A stretch of 64,000 nt of DNA from Macrostomum lignano (lineage: Eukaryota): assembly GCA_002269645.1 (NCBI GenBank), contig NIVC01000744.1, positions 62,001 to 126,000 of the forward strand, read 5' to 3'. Numbering within the stretch: position 1 is the stretch's first letter; each line of letters opens with the position of its first letter. The position numbers and the translations under genes are program-made. The notes beneath the pieces are model-generated. The model was not told where the DNA came from. It worked only from the letters and a program-made list of their open reading frames with translations, and made no database searches. Positions 55,489 to 64,000 of this stretch are shown one piece after another.

Positions 55489-55771
55489 GAGAGGCCGCTT
55501 CGGCAGGCAAGAGACTCAGACAGAATAAAAGACAGAATTTTGCGAACAAAACAATTTCTCCCGAAAAACTGAACAGCAGATGGCACGCAGGAATTTCATC
55601 TGCAAACAGAATCAAACTTCCTGCATGGCAGAGATACATTGGTGACTGGGGTTTCGCAAGCTTTTACGAGAGTATGTAATTCAAGACAGCGCACTCGTAT
55701 AATTCCTTTGTTTGCCTTCTTTTTGACTGAGAACAGCTCTCTTATTGTACTTTTGTTAGAAAGAGTTTTGC

Positions 55772-56905
55772 CTCTAGTGGTAGCTTAGTCTCTAGTGGTG
55801 GCTTAGTCTCTAGTGGTAGCTTAGTCTCTAGTGGTAGCTTAGTCTCTAGTGGTAGCTTAGTCTCTAGTGGTAGCTTAGCCTCTAGTGGTAGCTTAGTCTC
55901 TAGTGGTGGCTTAGTCTCTAGTGGTGGCTCTCTAGTGGTGGCTTAGTCTCTAGTGGTGGCTTAGTCTCTAGTGGTGGCTTAGTCTCTAGTGGTGGCTTAG
56001 TCTCTAGTGGTGGCTTAGTCTCTAGAGTCTAGTGGCAGCTTAGTCTCTAGTGGCAGCTTAGTCTCTAGTGGTAGCTTAGTCACTAGTGGTAGCTTAGTCT
56101 CTAGTGGTAGCTTAGTCTCTAGTGGTAGCTTAGTCTCTAGTGGTAGCTTAGTCTCTAGTGGCAGCTTAGTCTCTAGTGGTGGCTTAGTCTCTAGTGGTAG
56201 CTTAGTTTCTAGTGGTAGCTTAGTCTCTAGAGTCTAGTGGTAGCTTAGTCTCTAGTGGCAGCTTAGTCTCTAGTGGTAGCTTAGTCTCTAGTGGCAACTT
56301 AGTCTCTAGTGGTAGCTTAGTCTCTAGTGGTAGCTTAGTCTCTAGTGGTAGCTTAGTCTCTAGTGGTAGCTTAGTCTCTAGTGGTAGCTTAGTCTCTAGT
56401 GGTAGCTTAGTCTCTAGTGGTAGCTTAATCTCTAGTGGTGGCTTAGTCTCTAGTGGTAGCTTAGTCTCTAGTGGTGGCTTAGTCTCTAGTGGTGGCTTAG
56501 TCTCTAGTGGCAGCTTAGTCTCTAGTGGTGGCTTAGTCTCTAGTGGTGGCTTAGTCTCTAGTGGTGGCTTAGTCTCTAGAGTCTAGTGGTAGCTTAGTCT
56601 CTAGTGGCAACTTAGTCTCTAGTGGTAGCTTAGTCTCTAGTGGTGGCTTAGTCTCTAGTGGCAGCTTAGTCACTAGTGGTGGCTTAGTCTCTAGTGGTAG
56701 ATTAGTCTCCTGTGCTAGCTTAGTCTCTAGTGGCAGCTTAGTCTCTAGTTGTAGCTTAGTCTCTAGAGTCTAGTGGTAGCTTAGTCTCTAGTGGCAGCTT
56801 AGTCTCTAGTTGTAGCTTAGTCTCTAGAGTCTAGTGGTAGCTTAGTCTCTAGTGGCAGCTTAGTCTCTAGTGGCAGCATAGTCTCTAGTGGTGGCTTAGC
56901 CTCTA
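55772..56905. repeat. 18-bp minisatellite (~1.13 kb)
   Basis: Unit CTCTAGTGGTAGCTTAGT with GGC/GCA variants. Confidence 0.97.
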
Positions 56906-59786
56906 ACAGGAGCTTATACTTTTTAAATTGCGAGCACAGAAGTACAGTGTGGCTCAGAAGACCTCTCAAAAATGCATCAATGTCAAGCGCCTTTTACGAG
57001 TACTTTGATTGAAGTAAAATTAAAATCGCAAAATAAGTTCTATCTTTTGTTACGCAACAGCTCTCGACAAACTGTCACGTGTCTTCAATTGTCTATTTTT
57101 TGCATGTACATATAAAAATTGTTTTTTTCGCATTGTTTTTTCTTACCTTCAAGGGGTCCATGCAATTATTAACAATTTCTATGACAACCTTAACGACCGA
57201 CTGCCAGTCAAAAAACTGATCCTTCGGTAGCCTCTGTCTACAAAATCCGGGCCTGCTCTCGCAGGTAGGGTGCTTGCATGGCCAGCAGCAGCTCCTCCTG
57301 CACCAGCTGTGGGCCGTGCGACTTGGCGCGGATGATGAGGCCCACCATTTGAGTCACGGATGACGCGAAAGGTAGCTCGGACGATACAGTGCCGCGTTTG
57401 AAACTTCCTTGTTGCCGATCTTGAAGGCGCAGCAAACCAACTTACTGCTCGAACGTGTCTTTCAGCGTCCAGGTCTCCTCAATGTAAAGCAGGACGACCT
57501 CGACTGCTATTTTTTTACGTAGCAATTTTGCTAGTAAATTTTGTACAAAATTCTAAACTCCAGTGCGGCGTATGAGACGTTGTCATCAAGGAGCAAACTC
57601 AGACCTTTGCATCGGACGCAGGAACCTGTGCGTGCAGCCAATGCACGAACACACGGCGCACTGCAGCAACTGTTTGTTGCATTTAGAGCGCATACGAGCG
57701 TAAGTTTTCTTCATAGATAAGCAATACGACTGTCTTCTGCAAGTTCCCCCAGAGTCGGGCATTGAATGTGCGGCGCTCAAGAATACGGCTCCTACCGTCA
57801 ACATCGCGAGCGTGGCCTCTCTGTTGACTTCACAGTACTGCATTGGAAACGGCCGGGAGTCCGGTTGGAAAGGCTTGACGGGTGCTGGCCGAGAGGATGC
57901 TTTTCTCACTCCCAACACTCTCCAGCGCCCCTTTTCCATTCAATTTTCACACGGTACTACTTGCACAGTATGCTAAACGGCCGTGCGCATGCCGGAGGTA
58001 CTTTTGGGTCTTTCGTAAAGTGAAAGATGCTAAGCGCTACTGGCTAAACGATAATCAGTGACTGCCTGTAAAAAAGCTTATCTTAAGCATACAACAATGG
58101 GCTTTGTCACTGTCCTGGATTCAGCAGAGAGCCTTCTTGTGCTGTGTAGGAAGTTAAACACTTCTACTTCTAAAAGAGGTGCTCTCTGGGCTTTGACTTG
58201 AGAGTGCTGTAGGATGCTGGAAAAATACAAATGGGAGCAACATAAGATGCTGCACTGTCACCATGGAAGACAAAAAACAGATGAGGAGGGCGACTCTAGG
58301 TTAGTTTTTTCCCGTCAATCATAAAAAACACTCCATCGAAAAAATGGGAAGCTTTTTGAAAGTTGCTAAAACCCAAAGCTTAGAGTTCATCAAGAACAAT
58401 ATTGCAAAATTTGGTTTAATATAAAAGGTTTGCGCGAGGACCCGAATGTCATCCGTGAATTCCACAAAAGGGATCATTTTCGTTGTCTTTTACGATCTAT
58501 ACGTACGAGCTCGTAGATACCTTGATGTCCCATTGGCTGCCACGCTGCTCAGTGCTTAGCGTGGGGCGCTCGTAAGAGAACAAAAATCGTAGAAAAAAAT
58601 CTTTCTACGCAATTTCACTACACCTCACAACTTAACGAATTCGGTGATGTGATGTTATGTTCTGGTGAATTTTCGAGCTTGAGTCTTTGACTATGTGAAA
58701 TGTCGAGCTAGTGAAAACATGGCACTATCACCGGTTCAGAAGACGCTTGCCAAGATAGAGAAGCCGGTTGCGGCCTAAATAAATAAAGTAGCATATTCGC
58801 CTAAAATACTACTATACTACTATAAGTATAGTTTGTCCAGCTGCAATAGAAAGACGGAATTCTGTAGGAGCGGAGGGTATCGGGCCAAGAGACAGCTGGA
58901 AAGCCGCACTGGATCCCACGGCCCGACTCCGGAGCCCCAGTCCAAGGCAGAGGAGCCACTCTAAATAAACAAGAATTGACGGGGCTCACTGCGTCCGGAC
59001 CATTGTTTACAAAAAGAACTCTGAAAATTGACGCCTAAAACGCCTAGAGCAGTGATAGCTAGTGCTTGGCCATTTTTAGATCTGACACCCCCTCTTTGCT
59101 GTTGGCGACACGATGATGGAGTCAGATAATGGTGGAAGCAAAATCAGAATCAGATTTTATTCCAGCCCTATGTTGACCTGAGAATCAGATAAAAAGGACA
59201 TCGTTAGAATTGCAAGTTGGAACGCGAGTGTTCCTTTTATCTCCATTCGCCAGTCTATTTCGGTGTCTCCAAAAACTAGAGTTGGGAAGCGTCTACTCAA
59301 AGTTTGATAAGTCTGCAGCTAGCAACAAAAGGCTTTGTCATCTGTACCAAATTTCTGCACCGATGCCAAGCTTCTGCATCGGGGAGACTCAAGCAGACTG
59401 TCTGCTGAAGTAAAATCCCACTTAGTGGTCGCCCAGCTCAGGCTTGAAAGCTCTAAAGGATGTTTAGAAATAAAGAAATGGGGAGACTTAAAATACTGCT
59501 TTCTCACCATGGAAACCAATCAAAATAAATGAATAGAAAGTTGACTGAGGCTTGCTACCTGAGCAATGCAGCACTTAAGCTGCGGATAAAAGCGATAAAA
59601 CCTCCTGAATAGCAAAGAAATGTTTGCAACGAATATCCAGAAAGGCAAACCTCAGAGTTGCTGAACTAAGAAAAAACAGTCTTTGTGCTGTTAAATACAG
59701 AACAAAGCAGACAGATTCGAGCATACGTAAGTGTTGAGAGCTCGGAGAGAATTATCATACAACCGTGAACAAGCATCATTGCATCC

Positions 59787-60624
59787 ATGATTGCCATGAA
59801 GAATGTAGCACTGATCTGCCTGATGATGTGTAAGTCATAAATAACAGGTATCAGGGCTGTCAGATTTCATCTCAATCTTTGTGTGTGAATGTCTGCTGAC
59901 CTATCTCCCAGCTGTATTTCTGTTCATCTGTCACTTAATCAAGCCTCTGCGTGTGAATGCTAGCCTGGGTTTTTATATCGTTCGTATCTGCTTAGTTCGT
60001 TTTCTTCCGTGTCTGTCTTCCTGCATTTGTATTAGTGTCTCTCCCGAATGCGTCAGATTATCCGCGTCAGTTGACCGTTTTGCGCCTCCTTCCGGCAGGC
60101 GGCGTTGACACGGCCGCGTTTTATCGCAACGCTACAGTCTGTGTTCTGTATCTGTCTGTCTGCTTTGGCGCCTGTCTTTGTGCGTGCTTCCCCGTGTCCG
60201 AGGGCACTCATTCTAGTCTGACGCGTGATATCCTCCACCATGATTTCCCCTCTTCCCTCCAGCTGGCGGCGTTGCCCTGGTAACCGCTGACACGGTCGCC
60301 TTTTATCGCAACGCTACCATCGAGGTGAGCGAGCTGGTGACCAGCTGTCTGGTGAACGAGACCGGCGTCAGCTCCGCTCTCGTCTGCGTCGCGAGGTGTC
60401 GCATCAAGCGATGCGATGCAGCCAGCCTGAGCGTCAGCGGCGGCTGCCAGCTGCTGCTGCTCAACGGTAGCGATGCCTCAACTTGCAAAAAGACGCACCG
60501 GCTGCTGGGTGCCGCAGAGGGCAGCCGGGTGTGGAAAGCGCCGGACTTTGAGCAGCGTCTACTGGAACTGCTGCCACCCGTTTTCGCCAGGACATTTGTC
60601 AGTGAGTCACTGATGCTATTGAGC

Positions 60625-60664
<40 letters not shown>

Positions 60665-61030
60665 TGACAGGTAACCTTCATACTCCAACTGCAGACTCAA
60701 GCACCGGCCGCCTGGGCACGGTCCAGACTGCTGTCATTCCCGTCTCTGCTTGCTACCGCATCGAAGCCAAAGGTGCGGCTGGTGGCTCCACCAACCCTGG
60801 TTATTCCCCAGACTTTTCTGGAGGCTGGGGAGGCCTCAAAGCCGGAAACTTCCAGCTCGAAGCTGGAGCTGAGCTGTCAGTAGTTGTCGGGCAGGCAGGC
60901 GGTCAAGGCTTGGAGCTTGACAACGATGCCAGTGGAGGAGGCGGCGGTGGCACTTTCGTGTACTGGACGGGGACCAGCACCCTTCTGCTCGCTGCTGGCG
61001 GAGGCGGCGGTGCCGCCGATGATCGAAACG
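59787..61030 (+). CDS. Paralogue B of the PAN + glycine-rich protein (exons 59787-59829, 60263-60601, 60695-61030; last exon not in window)
   Basis: Exons 2 and 3 have the same lengths (339, 336 nt) and phases as in paralogue A with high identity; followed by an antisense LINE. Confidence 0.75.
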
Positions 61031-61149
61031 GTAAATAAACTCTTAGAACTTGCTTTCGCTTTGCTTTGATCTCCGTGAGCGTTGGTTTGAGCGTGGGTTG
61101 CGAGATATTCGGGCAATGATAAGACATTAAACATTTAGGCCGATTTCGA

Positions 61150-63520
61150 CCAGCGACTGCTGCAGTAATTGTCTCCCTTTCTCAAGCGCTCACGGTGTCG
61201 TCAGCTGAGTTTCAGAAACTGCAGTTGGTATTGTTCTTATAATATTGCCCTGCAGGTACAGAACAGTCGTGACCTAAGAGCTTCTTGGTGGCCGTCCGAA
61301 TGTTTCTTCCAGAGAGGCGCAAGAGGAGCTGATGAGAGGGCTGGGGGACAGCACCTGCAGGTATTTCAGTTGAGCCGTGCTGGGTCCTGATCCACGCTTT
61401 GATGCGCGGGTCGATGACGCAATCGGCACGTAGGGTTCAGGACTGATGGAGGATCTGGAGGCGCCGACTTTAGCAACGGCGTCAGCCAGCTTCTTCAAAA
61501 AGATTCCAACCTATAAACTGGTGTTGAATGACTGCTTAGAACAATGGAGCAATTGAGCTCACCAGGTTTTTAGTGGTCCTTGATGATTTCGCTCGAGACG
61601 ATAGCTAGGAGTCTCGGGTTGAGCATTGAGGCAATTCCATCGGTGAGAAAGCGATTGGCCTAGGACTCATAAAGAATGTTGAGATCTTATCGGAAAAGCT
61701 CCGTGTCTTTTGGCCTTCCGTTCGAGTTTTCCCAGTTCCGGGTTCCACCACGAGACAGAGGTCTTGTGTTAGTACTCGTGGGCAAGCAATTCAGCCTCTG
61801 TCAGTGTCTCAAGGGTAGCCTCCGAGGCCGCCAAATCAGTGTTGCGGATGCTACGCCTTCAAGTAATAGAGAACTGGGGTTTAGTGTCCACCAGTGGGCA
61901 GACAGGGAGGGTTACGACTATCTCAAATCTTTTAAAGAGTATCGGGTTCTTTCAAAGAGAGCCAGAAGCTCCTCTTCTCTAGAATTGGTGTCTTTACTGC
62001 CCCAGTGCTTGTGTGCATTAAGGTCGCCCCCATAAGCACAACTCAGTGTTCCGGGATTCGCAATATTGCGCAAGGCGCAGCAAGCCTTCGGGGTAGGGTC
62101 CCTGTCACCTGGAATATAAATCAAGGTAACAATTGGCACGTACGCATAACGAGATGATCAGATTGGATGACACAAAGGTCTCCATCTGAGAGCTTGGTCC
62201 TCAGTCAAGCTTGGAGATGACTGGGTGGTGGAGGATGGCCGCTCTAGAGCGTCTGTTACATGTCAGAGTAGCCGGAAGGAATTTTGTGCAATTTACCGTT
62301 GCGCATCCAAGGTTCCTGGATCAGGTTGAGGCCTTGCCTGTGCAGATTTACAGACGCAGTAGATGTACTGACTCTGTAGCTTAACTGTACTGCATTAAAT
62401 GCTATTCTGGCGCGAACCCCGAGGCCATCAAAAAGACTTGTACAGCAGCTCTCTCTTGTCCCAGGCCGTCGGGGTTTGTCCGGGAGATGGCAGTTGGTCT
62501 ACTTCTACAGTCGCAACCCCACCCCCCGCCACCCGACAGAGTCCTCGGGCTCCGATGACAAAATGGAGGTTTCTCCATCTGAATTTTTCTCTCCGACACC
62601 CCCCCTCAGAGTGGTTGAGGAGAGCAAAGAGCTGAAGAACCTGTCTCCGGAGCTGCCAGAGCCCAGAGCCGTCGGCACGATCGCTGAATCGCCGTTTGTA
62701 GAGGGGCCTTTAAGATCGGCCTGTGACTTTCCTTTTGCCTCTGACTGCGCCTAACCCCTGCCGGAGATGCTGCAGTTGGCAGCAGCCTTCCCTTTGGCAG
62801 ACTTTCCTCGGCGCATCTTGAGCTTTAGGGCACCCAGCTGGAAGGAGGATTCGTTAGGGTAACCGACTCGCCCAAGCGTTGGAAAGGACGAGGACAGTTG
62901 AATTGCCCGTTTCCCGACTGCGGACCTTGCCGTGATACACCAATCCACTAGCAAGGAGGTCGGGATTCAGGAGCAAAGGACAACGTGGCTACCTTGATTT
63001 TTATGGCTCCGGTTGGATCTACCGGCGTTTCCTTGAATTGAGCTTGGGATTTAGAAGGTTTCCTATCTCTAGTTAGAAGGTTTTGATCCATAGCCGGCTC
63101 AAAGGCCATGGTGAAGGTTGGTGGGCTAACTACGAAGGAGTGCGGTACCCAACCGCCCGCTCCACCTGACCGGGCAGTAGGCCAAAAGATCCCCCAAGGC
63201 TTGCACGACACCAAGAGGGGGACCGCTAGCGATCGCAGCCCATCAGCGCTGTGAACACCTTAGGCAACCTTAGACGAACCCCATACCCAAATTCGGCCGG
63301 AGCCAATGGATAGGTCGCCAGCGCGGGAACATGTACGAGCTACCTTGGGTCGGCTTGCCAGACAGCTTTGGGGAGTCTGCGGCTGCCAGAGGCGAATAGA
63401 GCTAGGGCACAGACCTCCCGCCAGCCTTGACCAGCAGAATAGGGCGGGGGGGGCAGGCGTGAAGCATCGCAGATCATAGCCCATATGTCTAGTCTGTCTC
63501 ATACTTCATAGGCATGCTAA
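61150..63520 (-). mobile_element. Degenerate R1/LOA-type LINE (5' UTR, ORF1, endonuclease; ends before RT)
   Basis: Minus-strand LIQEPWMRNGK, GGDLNAHKHWGSKDTNSREEELL, SWWNPELG match the LINE at 1680-8480; shared 5' UTR words AGTATGAGAC and GCGATGCT(T)CAC.CCTGCC. Boundaries approximate. Confidence 0.8.
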
Positions 63521-64000
63521 AACTCCATAGCGGTCTTTAGGCGCCTTAGGTAAAGCTTATTGTTCATTGCATAAAGACAATTTTTCGTGTGTTAGGTTAT
63601 CCGCCAAATGACATAATACTCATTTTTATTATTATATTCTAAACTTCTACTCGCTCGTATGCCCGGCAAAACTACGGCACAGAAAACCCAGTCTACAATT
63701 GGAAGCAGGAAGAGATGAGGTGTAAGTACATAAGCAAGTAAATCCTGAGTCAGGAGTTTGAAGAGCAGAACATTGGTTTCCTTTCTTGTTTTCGAAGACA
63801 ATAAAAGCATCAAGAAGCCTTTGTTGCATGTGAAGAATAATATGTGACCCTTGAGTTCGTGAATCGCTAGTTGAGTTCACGCGATATCGTGGCTTAAGAT
63901 AGTCATGTGAACAGTAACTGGCGAACCAGCAAGTACCGAAGTTGAGCACTGGGGCCTAAAATCTTTGGTGTACCTGAAGCATTGGAAGCTCTTTTCAGGC

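Overview
Eukaryotic (metazoan) genomic DNA, very rich in transposons and tandem repeats. GC-rich, polyQ-rich exons and minisatellite-swollen introns suggest a free-living flatworm such as Macrostomum; this is inference only. Supported host genes: a 9-exon DIS3L2-type RNB exoribonuclease (minus strand, 17370-23670); a secreted PAN/apple + LamG-like protein; a 109-aa secreted 12-Cys peptide; an ~810-aa N-myristoylation/polyP/polyQ protein; and two tandem paralogues of a secreted PAN + ALK/LTK-type glycine-rich protein, the second followed by a LINE before its last exon. Mobile elements resolved to the base: an R1/LOA-type LINE split at TTAA by a 2.8-kb piggyBac; an RTE LINE split by an 885-bp insert with TA..TA ends and a 5-bp TSD; a tRNA-derived SINE with a 15-bp TSD; several hAT-type MITEs with 8-bp TSDs; a Mag-type Gypsy element with apparently identical 314-bp LTRs but lacking most of RNase H; and a head-to-tail Helitron-like array carrying short telomeric repeats. 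Best second-look items: a minimal hammerhead ribozyme motif between two Penelope-like remnants, into whose stem I the Gypsy element integrated; a candidate HDV-like ribozyme in the LINE 5' UTR; the non-canonical solo-LTR-like insert; and the orphan secreted proteins. No prokaryotic systems, CRISPR arrays or rRNA were seen. All alignments and folds were done by eye.
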